Shown in pieces: positions 9,475 through 18,140 of a stretch of DNA of 64,000 bases; within the stretch, counting starts at the first letter, position 1, and each line of letters opens with the position of its first letter. Source of the stretch: an uncultured Gemmataceae bacterium. GTDB lineage: Bacteria > Planctomycetota > Planctomycetia > Gemmatales > Gemmataceae. The position numbers and the translations under genes are program-made. The DNA is taken from positions 3,008,001 to 3,072,000 of the forward strand of contig CAVVPN010000003.1 of NCBI GenBank assembly GCA_963750165.1, given 5' to 3'. A model generated the notes under the pieces. It ran no database searches, was not told where the DNA came from, and saw only the letters and a list, made by a program, of their open reading frames with translations.

Positions 9475-11565
9475 TTAGGAGTTCTGATACGCCTGTTGCG
9501 CGTCCACCTCGGCCCAGTAGGTGTTGTAGTCCAGCGTGGTCGGGTCGGGCGGTGCGTCTGACGTGGCGACCTGCCAGTAGGTGTTGTAGTCGCTCATGTC
9601 CACGCTGTTGTCGGTGTCGCCGTTGTCCGACGTGGCCGGGACGCTGGTGTCAGTCGTAGCGGTCGTGTCGGTCACCGGGGCGCTGTAATCGGTCGGGGTG
9701 GTGTCGTCGATGGTGACCGGGGCGATGTAAAGGGTCGGTGTCGTAATCGCGGTGTCCGTGCCCGTGTCCACGGGGGCCGGGGTGTTGTAGCAGTTCGTCG
9801 CCGGGGGGTAGATGGCCGTGACCGTGGCATTGTTCATCGTGTTGCCGGTGCTGACGTTTACCGGGCAGCTGGGCGGCGTGCCGGAGTTGGTGCAGGGCGA
9901 GGTGATGATGATCGTCTGGGTGTACGTGGTGGAGCCGTTGTCCTTGTCGAAGATGCGGCCGTAGACCGTGACGACGCCACAGGCCGGGGCGGTGAGGGTG
10001 GCGGTCGCGGCGGTGCCGGCGGCGGCGTAGGTGGTGGCCAGGTTCGCCGGGTTCGTGGCAAAGCTGTAGTGGTAGCCGGTCGCCGTGTCCACTGGCGACG
10101 GATCTGACGCGTTCGTCAGCGCCACGCTGAAGGAGGCGCCCGCGTTGACGGCCGCGGTGGGCGCGGTCAGGATCGCGGTCGGGAGGACGTTGAGGGTGAT
10201 CACGACCTGGCTGTAGGTGGTGAAGCCATTGTCCTTGTCGAAAATGCGGCCGTAGACCCTGGTGCCGGGGCCGTTGTCCGGAAAGCTCAGCGTGACCGAG
10301 TTGGCGGTGCCGGCAGCGGCGTAGGTGGTCGGCAGCGTGGTCGGGTCGGTGCTGAAGGCGTAATGGAAGCCGGCCGCCGTGTCCACCGGCGACGGGTCAG
10401 ATGAGTTGATTAGCGACGCCGTGAAGGTCTGCCCCTCGTTGACCATCAGGGGCGCAATCAGGCCTGCCGTTGGGTTGACGTTGGTGACTGTGACGGGCGC
10501 GCTATAGGTGGTGAAGTCGTTGTTCTGGTTGAAGACGCGACCGTAGAAGGTGTAACTGCCGCTGTCCAGGAAGATCATCATGACCGAGTTGGCGGTGCCG
10601 GCGGTGGCGTAGGTGGTGGCCAGGTTCGCCGGGTTCGTGGCAAAGCTGTAGTGGTAGCCGGCGACCGCGTTCGCGATGGATCCGTCGTAAACGCCAGTGA
10701 GGAAAACGCTGAAGCGGCTGCCCTCAGCTATGGTCGTCGGCACGCTGAACAGTGCCGCCGTCGGGCTGCCGTTGGCCGGCTGGATCGGCTGGCTGGAGGT
10801 GGCGAGGACGGGGGCCACGAAGGTCGCGGTCGGGACGGTGGTGTCCGGGGTGCTGACGGTGGAGGCGTGGGTCGGCGCGCTCGTCCCCAGCGCGTCCAGC
10901 CAGTTTTTCACTTCACCCGGGCTGGCAGGCCGGCCCAGGACGCTCTCGTAGGAGCCCGCGACCCAGTTCTGCGTGTCGGTGCCGTAGCGGGCCACGCTCT
11001 CCGGTGAGCCGACCATGACGGCCGCCGCGTCCAGGTTGTTCTCGCCGGCCTTCAGGTTGTTGACCCAGCTGCCCAGTTCATGGACGCCGGGCGCCCGCCC
11101 CAGGTAGCGCTCGAAGTCCGAAGTCACCTGGTCGGCCATGCGCTCGGGGCTGGTCGCGATCACCGTCGCGACCGTCTGCGGGCTGACGCCGTGGCCCAGC
11201 TGCCCCAGCCAGCCGTTCACCTCCACAGCAGAGGGCGTGCGGTTCAACAGATCCCTGTACAGGTCTGTGACGAAGTCCGGCCCGACGCCGCCGTGGTCGG
11301 CGACGTACTCGGCGGAGCCGGCGAAGGCCGCGTCGATCTGCGGCGTCGTCAGGCCCCCCGCCAGGCCGGCGGCCCAGCCGTTGACCTCGGTGGAACTGCC
11401 CGGGCGATTCAACAGGACCGTGTAGTCGTCGCTGATGATCCGAACCGCGTTCTCGTAACTGTGGGTGATGGCGCTGGCGACGTCCGAAGTGGTGACGGCC
11501 GGCACGAAACGGGCTTCCAGGGCTTCGATTTCGGGGCGAACGGTACGGGGGGCGTGGCGCTTCAT
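9475..11565 (-). CDS. Extracellular protein: planctomycete leader, DUF4214 repeats, three PKD-like repeats, Thr-rich stalk, twin-DYNTYW tail
   Basis: 'RPEIEALEARFVPA' leader; 'LYRDLLNRTPS..EVNGW' repeats; three '..Y.F......TYAxAGTA......YGR.F' units. Confidence 0.85.
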   Translation of the reverse strand: MKRHAPRTVRPEIEALEARFVPAVTTSDVASAITHSYENAVRIISDDYTVLLNRPGSSTEVNGWAAGLAGGLTTPQIDAAFAGSAEYVADHGGVGPDFVTDLYRDLLNRTPSAVEVNGWLGQLGHGVSPQTVATVIATSPERMADQVTSDFERYLGRAPGVHELGSWVNNLKAGENNLDAAAVMVGSPESVARYGTDTQNWVAGSYESVLGRPASPGEVKNWLDALGTSAPTHASTVSTPDTTVPTATFVAPVLATSSQPIQPANGSPTAALFSVPTTIAEGSRFSVFLTGVYDGSIANAVAGYHYSFATNPANLATTYATAGTANSVMMIFLDSGSYTFYGRVFNQNNDFTTYSAPVTVTNVNPTAGLIAPLMVNEGQTFTASLINSSDPSPVDTAAGFHYAFSTDPTTLPTTYAAAGTANSVTLSFPDNGPGTRVYGRIFDKDNGFTTYSQVVITLNVLPTAILTAPTAAVNAGASFSVALTNASDPSPVDTATGYHYSFATNPANLATTYAAAGTAATATLTAPACGVVTVYGRIFDKDNGSTTYTQTIIITSPCTNSGTPPSCPVNVSTGNTMNNATVTAIYPPATNCYNTPAPVDTGTDTAITTPTLYIAPVTIDDTTPTDYSAPVTDTTATTDTSVPATSDNGDTDNSVDMSDYNTYWQVATSDAPPDPTTLDYNTYWAEVDAQQAYQNS

Positions 11566-11637
11566 GGCTGGGGCTCCGCGGTGGTGGTGGGGTTGGTGGA
11601 AAGGTCGGTGGGGAGGAGGGGAGGGGTCGTTGCTGCG

Positions 11638-11686
11638 GTTGCAGTGCTTTCATCCGAAGAACGCGCCGCCGGCCGATCCTTGCGCC
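11638..11686 (-). promoter_or_regulatory. Conserved upstream element / putative ECF promoter (GCGCAAG-N15-CGTT)
   Basis: Ungapped 49-bp similarity to 12905-12953, which lies upstream of the paralogous gene. Confidence 0.55.
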
Positions 11687-11722
11687 ACAATTACCGGAAA
11701 GACGCGGAGCCGACGACGCGGC

Positions 11723-11774
11723 GCGCGGCGACAGGCCGCCGGTACTGCGCAGTACCGGCGGCCTGTCGCCGCGC
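11723..11774. repeat. REP-like palindrome
   Basis: GCGCGGCGACAGGCCGCCGGTACTG-CG-CAGTACCGGCGGCCTGTCGCCGCGC. Confidence 0.8.
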
Positions 11775-11794
11775 CGCTCGCTGGGGGATGTTTG

Positions 11795-12817
11795 CTAATC
11801 CTGAGAGTCCTGATACGCTTGTTGCGCGTCCACCTCGGCCCAGTAGGTGTTGTAGTCCAGCGTGTAGGGGTCGGGGGGCGTGGAGGACGTGGCGACCTGC
11901 CAGTAAGTGTTGTAGTCGCTCATGTCCACGGTCAGCGGACCCTGATCGCTGCTGCTGGTATCGACTGCGACCGGAGCCGTGTTGTCGCTGCTGTTATCAA
12001 CCGGGGCGCAGTTCGCGGTGTTGTCACTGCTGTTATCGACCGGGGCGCTGTTCGCGGTGTTGTCGTTGCTGTCCGTCGAACAGGTGTTCGTGGCGGCGGG
12101 GGCGGGGATGGCAGGGGCGGAGGCGGCGTTGTTCACGCTCAGGACGTTCAGCCAGCCCTGCAGTTCTTTCGCGTCGGCCGGCCGGTCCAGGACGCTCTCA
12201 TAGGTGCCCATCAACCAGTTCCGCGGGCTGTCGCCGTAGCGGTTGAAGTTTTCCGACGAGGCCACCATGTCGGACACCACGTTCAGGTCGTTCTCGCCGG
12301 CACGCAGAGCGTTGACCCAACCGCTCACCTCGGCACCGCTCGGCGTCCGCCCCAGGTACTGCACGTAATCGGCGGTCACCTGATCCGCCAGGTGTTCGGT
12401 GCTGTTGGCGATGACGGAGGCCACCGCCTGTGGGCTCACGTGGTTGTCCAGCTGCCCCAGCCAGCCGTTGACTTCCGCGGTGTTTGGCGTGCGGCCCAGC
12501 AGGTCCTGATACAGCCCGGCGACATAATCCGGTCCCGCGCCGTAATGGTCGTTGACGTATTCCGCTGAGCCGGTGAACAGTGCATCGACCTGGTTCAGCG
12601 TCATGCCGGCCTCGACGCGGCCGACCCAGCCGTTGATCTCGGCCGGGCTGCCCGAGCGGTGCAGCAGGTTCGTGTAATCTTGACCGATCACCCGCTCCAC
12701 GTTCTCCGTGCTGAAGGCGATGGCGTTGGCGATGGCCGGGTAGGTGACCGACAGGACGGTGCGGGCTTCCAGGGTTTCGACTTCCGGGCGGACAGTACGG
12801 GTGGCGTGGCGGGCCAT
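11795..12817 (-). CDS. Extracellular DUF4214 protein, shorter paralog with twin-DYNTYW tail
   Basis: 'RPEVETLEARTVLS' leader; DUF4214-like repeats; 13-aa tandem NTANxAPVDNSSD; tail nearly identical to 9475-11565. Confidence 0.85.
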   Translation of the reverse strand: MARHATRTVRPEVETLEARTVLSVTYPAIANAIAFSTENVERVIGQDYTNLLHRSGSPAEINGWVGRVEAGMTLNQVDALFTGSAEYVNDHYGAGPDYVAGLYQDLLGRTPNTAEVNGWLGQLDNHVSPQAVASVIANSTEHLADQVTADYVQYLGRTPSGAEVSGWVNALRAGENDLNVVSDMVASSENFNRYGDSPRNWLMGTYESVLDRPADAKELQGWLNVLSVNNAASAPAIPAPAATNTCSTDSNDNTANSAPVDNSSDNTANCAPVDNSSDNTAPVAVDTSSSDQGPLTVDMSDYNTYWQVATSSTPPDPYTLDYNTYWAEVDAQQAYQDSQD

Positions 12818-12904
12818 GGGAGTCTCTCCGCGGCTGGGGGTCGGTGGTGGTGGGTGGTCGAGGTTGAAAGCGGGTGGGAGGTGTGGGGCTGGCCCACGTC
12901 TTCA

Positions 12905-12953
12905 GTTGCAGCGCTTTCACCCAGTAAACGCGCTGGCGGCCGAGACTTGCGCC
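12905..12953 (-). promoter_or_regulatory. Conserved upstream element / putative ECF promoter
   Basis: Matches 11638-11686. Confidence 0.55.
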
Positions 12954-13035
12954 GCAAAAGAAAAACCACGAAAAACACGGAAAAAGACAGAAGAGTGGGT
13001 GAGCGGGGATTGCGTGGTTTTCTTTCCGCACGCTC

Positions 13036-14697
13036 TTACCGCGCCGCCCGCGTCGAGCGCAGTCGCTGGCGGTAATACTTCAGCCCCGGCACAAAGAAGC
13101 TCAGCGCCGACACCACCCCGAACAGCAGCGGCCCCACCTCCGGGAACAGCGCCATCGGCACCGCCGTCAAAAAGCTCACCACTGCCGCCACATAGAAGCC
13201 GCCCGAGAGTGTGCCTGCCTTGAACAGAAACACCATGCCGGCGCACACCGCCAGGATCGGCGACAGCGTCAGCACCGGCAGCGGCGGCCGCAGCAGCACT
13301 TCCACAATGAACGCGCCGACCGACGCCACCACGCCGGCCGCCCAGGCGTGCGCCATCTGCCGCTCCACGAACGTCACCGGGCCGCCGCGCCGCCGCCAGT
13401 TCCAGAAGAAGGTGCCCCACGCCACCAGCCCGCCGCCCCACAGCGCCACATACGGCCCGTGCTGCTGCACGCCCAGCCAGTACATCACGTTCGTCACCGC
13501 GCACAGCAGGAACAGCATCAGGCTTTGCCACATCCACAGCAAACCCCAGTTCTCCAGCACCGGCGCGTGGTGGGTCTCGCGCAGCAACCGCGACAGGAAG
13601 TATGCCAGGTTGCTGACCCGCGCCGCCACCGGCTCGCTCTGCAAAAAGGCGTCAAGGTCGTCGGCCAGCGCCGCGGCGCTGGCGTAGCGATGTTCGGGCC
13701 GTTTTTCCAGACATTTGAGACAGACCAGCTCCAGGTCGGGGTCAATCTGCGAGTTAAGCAACCGCGGCCGCACCGGCTCCTCGCTGCGCACCAGCAGCAG
13801 CACGTCCACCGGCGTCGCGGCCTGGAACGGCGGCCTGCCGGTCAGCATTTCGTAGAGGATGGCGCCGAGGCTGTACACGTCGCTGGCGGGACTGGCGGCG
13901 CCACGGCCGCCGGCCGCCTGCTCCGGGGCCATGTAGCTCGGCGTGCCGACGATGGCGCCGGTGCCGGTCAGGTTGGCGCCGTCGGCGACGCGCTTGGCCA
14001 GGCCGAAATCGGTCACCAGCGGCTGGCCCTCGGCGTCGAGCAGCACGTTGCTTGGCTTGAGGTCGCGGTGCAGGATACCGTTCTGGTGGGCGTGGTGGAC
14101 GGCCCGCGCGATGGCTGCCAGCAGTTGCGCCGCCTCGCGACTGGGCAGCGGTTTGCCGGCGATCCGCTGGGCGAGCGTCTGACCAGGGACGTACTTCATG
14201 CTAAAGTAGGCCCGGCCGTCGCACTGGCCGACCTTGTAGACCGGCACGATATTGCGATGCGACAGCCCCGCCGCGGACTGGGCCTCGCCGCGAAAGCGCG
14301 TCACGTCGGTGACCGTGGCCTGGTCGCCGCGCAGCAGCATCTTGACGGCGACGTGGCGGTTGAGGCTCGCCTCCCACGCCTTGTAAACGACGCCCATCGC
14401 GCCGCGGCCGAGTTCCTGGAGCAGTTCATAGTCGCCGAAGATGCGCGGCAGCGTCTCGGCCAGGGCGGTGCTGGCGGGCGCGGGGGTGCGGTCGTGGCAG
14501 GGCGTGGCCGGGTCGGCGCGGGCGAAGGACTCCGCCAGCTGGGCGAGGTTGACGAGTTGCCGGAGTTCGTGGACGAGGTGCGGATGGTCGCGGCCGAGGC
14601 GGTCCCAGTCGGGCGGTTGGCCCCGGCGCTGCTGCTGCGTCACCTCGGCGAGCAGGTTGGCGAGTTGCTGGTCGGCGTCAGCATTGGTGGGGGTCAT
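13036..14697 (-). CDS. Hanks-type Ser/Thr kinase with C-terminal multi-TM domain
   Basis: LGRGAMGVVY, VAVK, HRDLKPSN, DFGLA, GTPSYMAPE; about six C-terminal hydrophobic helices. Confidence 0.93.
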   Translation of the reverse strand: MTPTNADADQQLANLLAEVTQQQRRGQPPDWDRLGRDHPHLVHELRQLVNLAQLAESFARADPATPCHDRTPAPASTALAETLPRIFGDYELLQELGRGAMGVVYKAWEASLNRHVAVKMLLRGDQATVTDVTRFRGEAQSAAGLSHRNIVPVYKVGQCDGRAYFSMKYVPGQTLAQRIAGKPLPSREAAQLLAAIARAVHHAHQNGILHRDLKPSNVLLDAEGQPLVTDFGLAKRVADGANLTGTGAIVGTPSYMAPEQAAGGRGAASPASDVYSLGAILYEMLTGRPPFQAATPVDVLLLVRSEEPVRPRLLNSQIDPDLELVCLKCLEKRPEHRYASAAALADDLDAFLQSEPVAARVSNLAYFLSRLLRETHHAPVLENWGLLWMWQSLMLFLLCAVTNVMYWLGVQQHGPYVALWGGGLVAWGTFFWNWRRRGGPVTFVERQMAHAWAAGVVASVGAFIVEVLLRPPLPVLTLSPILAVCAGMVFLFKAGTLSGGFYVAAVVSFLTAVPMALFPEVGPLLFGVVSALSFFVPGLKYYRQRLRSTRAAR

Positions 14698-14714
14698 GAG
14701 CGCGTCTCTTCTTG

Positions 14715-14773
14715 CGTGGGGCAGACATTCCTGTCTGCCATAGCGCCTGGCAGACAGGAATGTCTGCCCCACG
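14715..14773. repeat. REP doublet GTGGGGCAGACATTCCTGTCTGCC
   Basis: Inverted pair; the same unit occurs at 57320-57349. Confidence 0.85.
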
Positions 14774-14784
14774 AAGCTAAGGGC

Positions 14785-14865
14785 CTGTGCGAAAAGTAGG
14801 TGCCGCGAGCCGAGCGGCACCCGCTGCGGGTGCCGCTCGGCTCGCGGCACCTACTTTTCGCACAG
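14785..14865. repeat. GTAG REP doublet inside IS-like ends (CTGTGCGAAAAGT...ACTTTTCGCACAG)
   Basis: Perfect 39-bp-arm hairpin between the sigma factor and kinase genes. Confidence 0.85.
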
Positions 14866-14868
14866 CCA

Positions 14869-15510
14869 CTAGGCGTCCGCGGCGGCCTCGGGGTTGTCGG
14901 GCTGCAACAGCGCCCGCAGGCGGCGCAGCGCCCGCAGGTAGCGCATCGACGCCGCCGCCTCCGTTAATTTTAGCAGCAGCGCCACCTCCTGGTTCGACAG
15001 CTGCTCGAAGTGACGCATCAGGATGATGTCACGGTCGTCCTCGTTGAGCTGGGTGATGGCGGCGTGCAGGCGGCGCTGCAACTCCTGCTGCATGGCGGCG
15101 GACGCGGGCGTCAATTCGGGGTCCAGGAACTGTGCTGCCAACTCGATGGAGGAGCGGTCGGCGAACGCGGCGGGCACGATCGGCTGTTCGCGGTCCACGC
15201 CGCGCTTCTGCGCCTGACGATGGCGACGGTGGGCGTCGATGAGATGGTCCTGCGCCAGATGCCGCAGCCACAGGTGGAATGGCATGGTGCCGTTGCGCAG
15301 GAAATCGTCCAGGCGGCGGCTGGCCTCGATGAGCACTTCCTGCACCACGTCACTGGCGTCCACGCGCGCGGCAATCGCTGGGTCGAGCCGCAGATCGATC
15401 ATGCGCCGCACCGCCTCACGATGGCGGGCGAGCAACATGTCCACGGCGCCGCTGTCGCCGTGGCGCACCTGGTCGAGCAGTTCTTGCGTTTCGGTCGAGT
15501 TGGACCACAT
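14869..15510 (-). CDS. ECF sigma-70 factor, planctomycete kinase-associated type
   Basis: Sigma2 'RVDASDVVQE', sigma4 'RHFEQLSNQEVA...AASMRYLRAL'; directly upstream of a Ser/Thr kinase. Confidence 0.92.
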   Translation of the reverse strand: MWSNSTETQELLDQVRHGDSGAVDMLLARHREAVRRMIDLRLDPAIAARVDASDVVQEVLIEASRRLDDFLRNGTMPFHLWLRHLAQDHLIDAHRRHRQAQKRGVDREQPIVPAAFADRSSIELAAQFLDPELTPASAAMQQELQRRLHAAITQLNEDDRDIILMRHFEQLSNQEVALLLKLTEAAASMRYLRALRRLRALLQPDNPEAAADA

Positions 15511-15557
15511 GGTTGTGCCTGCGTCGGAACGGTTCGGCCACGGCTCGGTATCAGTAT

Positions 15558-15584
15558 CCTACGCCGGCCGGCGCGGCTCGTCAC
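15558..15584 (-). promoter_or_regulatory. Putative autoregulatory ECF promoter GTGAC-N16-CGTA
   Basis: ECF-like -35/-10 boxes about 50 bp upstream of the sigma gene start. Confidence 0.4.
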
Positions 15585-15683
15585 GCCCCGGGACGCTGGC
15601 GGTCGGCACGAAAGTGTTGCAAAATGCCGACGGATCGCGTACCACCGTGTCAGACACCAGAAAAACCGATCCGGGGCCGGGGC

Positions 15684-16784
15684 ATGGGTAGCGAGATTGC
15701 GGGCAAGGCGAGTTTCAGCGGCGTCCGCTACGCCCAGTGCTGGGAGGACGCCGACGTGCTGCTGCACGCCCTCGACGTGCGGCCCGGCGACGTTTGCCTG
15801 TCGATTGCGTCCGCCGGCGACAACGCCCTGGCCCTGCTGACGCGCCACCCGGCCCGCGTCGTCGCCCTTGACCTCAGCCCCGCCCAGTTGGCCTGCGTCG
15901 GCCTGCGCGTCGCCGCCTACCGCATCCTCACTCACCCTGAACTGCTGGAACTGATCGGTTCGCGGCCCAGCCGGCGCCGGCCGGAACTGTACCGCCGTTG
16001 TCGGCCGCTGCTGGACACCGCGGCGCGCGACTTCTGGGACGCACACCCCGCCGATGTCGCGGCCGGCATCGGCGGCGCCGGCAAATTCGAGCGCTACTTC
16101 GCGCTGTTCCGCCGCCGGGTGCTGCCGCTGGTCCACCGCGGTGGCGTCGTCAACGCCCTGCTGCGCGGCGGCAGCCCCGAACAGCGCCGCCGCTTCCATG
16201 ACAAGCGCTGGGACACGCCCGGCTGGCGGCTGCTGTTCCGCGTCTTCTTCTCGCGCTTCGTCATGGGCCGGCTGGGCCGCGATCCCAGCTTTTTCGCCTA
16301 CGTGCAGGGCAGCGTCTCCGAGCGCATCCTCGCCCGCACCCGCCACGCTCTGGCCGTGCTCGACCCGGCCGATAATCCGTATCTACAATGGATCCTCACC
16401 GGCCGCCATACCACGGCGCTGCCGCTGGCGCTGCGGCCCGAGCACTTCGACACCATCCGCGCTCACCTCGACCGCCTCGAATGGCGTTGCCAGTCCGTCG
16501 AGGATTTCCTGGAGGAACAGGGCAAGGCCGCCATCGACCGCTTTAACCTCAGCGACATTTTCGAGTACATGTCCGACGCCAACTACCAGCGCCTGCTGGA
16601 GCGACTGGCGGACGCGGCGCGGCCGGGCGGACGGCTGGCGTACTGGAACATGCTGGTGCCGCGCCGCCGGCCCGAAGCGCTGGCACACCGCCTGCGGCCG
16701 CTAACGGACCTGGCCCGGCGGTTGCACCTGGCGGATCGGGCCTTTTTCTACAGCGACTTCGTGGTCGAGGAGGTCGTCGGATGA
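15684..16784 (+). CDS. DUF3419 / BtaA-like SAM-dependent 3-amino-3-carboxypropyl transferase
   Basis: YAQCWEDAD, SIASAGDN, GKFERYF, FNLSDIFEYM, YWNMLVPR and DRAFFYS motifs. Confidence 0.85.
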   Translation: MGSEIAGKASFSGVRYAQCWEDADVLLHALDVRPGDVCLSIASAGDNALALLTRHPARVVALDLSPAQLACVGLRVAAYRILTHPELLELIGSRPSRRRPELYRRCRPLLDTAARDFWDAHPADVAAGIGGAGKFERYFALFRRRVLPLVHRGGVVNALLRGGSPEQRRRFHDKRWDTPGWRLLFRVFFSRFVMGRLGRDPSFFAYVQGSVSERILARTRHALAVLDPADNPYLQWILTGRHTTALPLALRPEHFDTIRAHLDRLEWRCQSVEDFLEEQGKAAIDRFNLSDIFEYMSDANYQRLLERLADAARPGGRLAYWNMLVPRRRPEALAHRLRPLTDLARRLHLADRAFFYSDFVVEEVVG

Positions 16785-18126
16785 TCCCGCCGCCGCTGGC
16801 GATGGCCGGCGTGCTCGCCGTGCTCGGCGGCCTGGTCGGCGGCCTGCGCCTGGCGCAGCGCTTCCTGGACATCCACCCCGAACTGACACGCAAGCTCGTC
16901 CACGTCTGCATGGGCCTGGTGACGCTGACGTTCCCATGGGTCTTCGACGAAACCTGGCCCGTCACGACGCTGGCGGTGCTGGCGGTGGCGGCGCTGCTGG
17001 CGCTGCGGCTGGTGGGGGCGCTGCGGGAGCGCTTCGGCAGCGTCCTGGGCGGTGTCGGCCGGGTGTCACTCGGCGAGGTGTATTTTCCGACCGCGGTGGC
17101 CGTGCTGTTCTGGCTCTACCGTCGTGAGCCGCGCGACCCGCCGGAACGGGCCCTGGTGCTCTACTGTGTGCCGCTGCTGCTGCTGACGCTGGCGGACGCG
17201 GTCGCGGCGCTGATCGGCCTGGCCTACGGCCGGCACAAGTATGCGACCGCGGACGGCTTCAAGAGTTTCGAGGGCTCGACCGCCTTTTTCACCTGCGCCT
17301 TTTTCTGCGTCCATGTGCCGCTGCTGCTGGGCACCGACACCGGCCGCGCCGAGTCGCTGCTGATCGCGGTGCTGCTGGCCTGGCTGGCGACGCTGTTCGA
17401 GTCCATCGCCTGGAATGGTCTGGACAACCTGGCGCTGCCGCTGGTCAGCTTTCTGATCCTGCGCATGGACCTGGGCCTGTCGGTCGAAGATCTGATGATG
17501 CGCCTGGGGGTGACGGCGGCGCTGACGGCTCTGCTGCTGCTGTACCAGCCGCGGACGACGCTGGCGGGCAGTGCCGTGGCGGGGGCGTTCCTGGTCGGCT
17601 ACATCGCCTGGACGCTGGGCGGCTGGCCGTGGGTGCTGGCGCCGCTGATGGTGTTCCTGAGTTACACGCTGCTGTCGCCGTGGGTGCCGGCCAACCGCCG
17701 GCGCATCCACAACATCCACGCGGTCGTCGCGGTGGCCTCCGGCGGCATGACCTGGCTGCTGCTGCGCGCATCCTCGAGCAGCCGGAGTTTTTACTGCCGT
17801 ACACCCTCTCCTACGCGGCCCAGCTGGCGATCATCGGTTACATCCGCCTGCGCCGCTATCCGCGGCCGCTGCCGGCGCCGCTGCTGCTGGCAGTGTGCGT
17901 GCTCAAGGGCTGGGCATGCCTGTTCGTGCCGTACCTGCTGGCGGGCGGCACGCTGTTTGGGGCGGTCGTCGGACTGGCGGGGGTGACGGCGGCGGCGCTG
18001 GCGTTCGCACGGCTGCAACCGGGACTGGACGACTGCCCGGCAGACACGCCGCGCTGGCTGCGGCAGGCGGTGTGCGGCGCCGCGGCGTCAGCGCTGGGGT
18101 TCGTGTGCCTGTCGCTGGCGGCTTAG
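16781..18126 (+). CDS. Phytol/dolichol kinase-like CTP-dependent membrane protein (frameshift ~17765)
   Basis: RKLVH, ADAVAALIG, KSFEGS and GLDNL motifs; the hydrophobic C-terminus continues in another frame to 18126. Confidence 0.8.
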
Positions 18127-18140
18127 CGCTGGTGCCCCTT

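Noticed and set aside
9475..11935. DUF4214 tail duplication as a DGR template/variable repeat pair
   Set aside because: Both copies are coding, differences are not adenine-specific, and no reverse transcriptase is in the window
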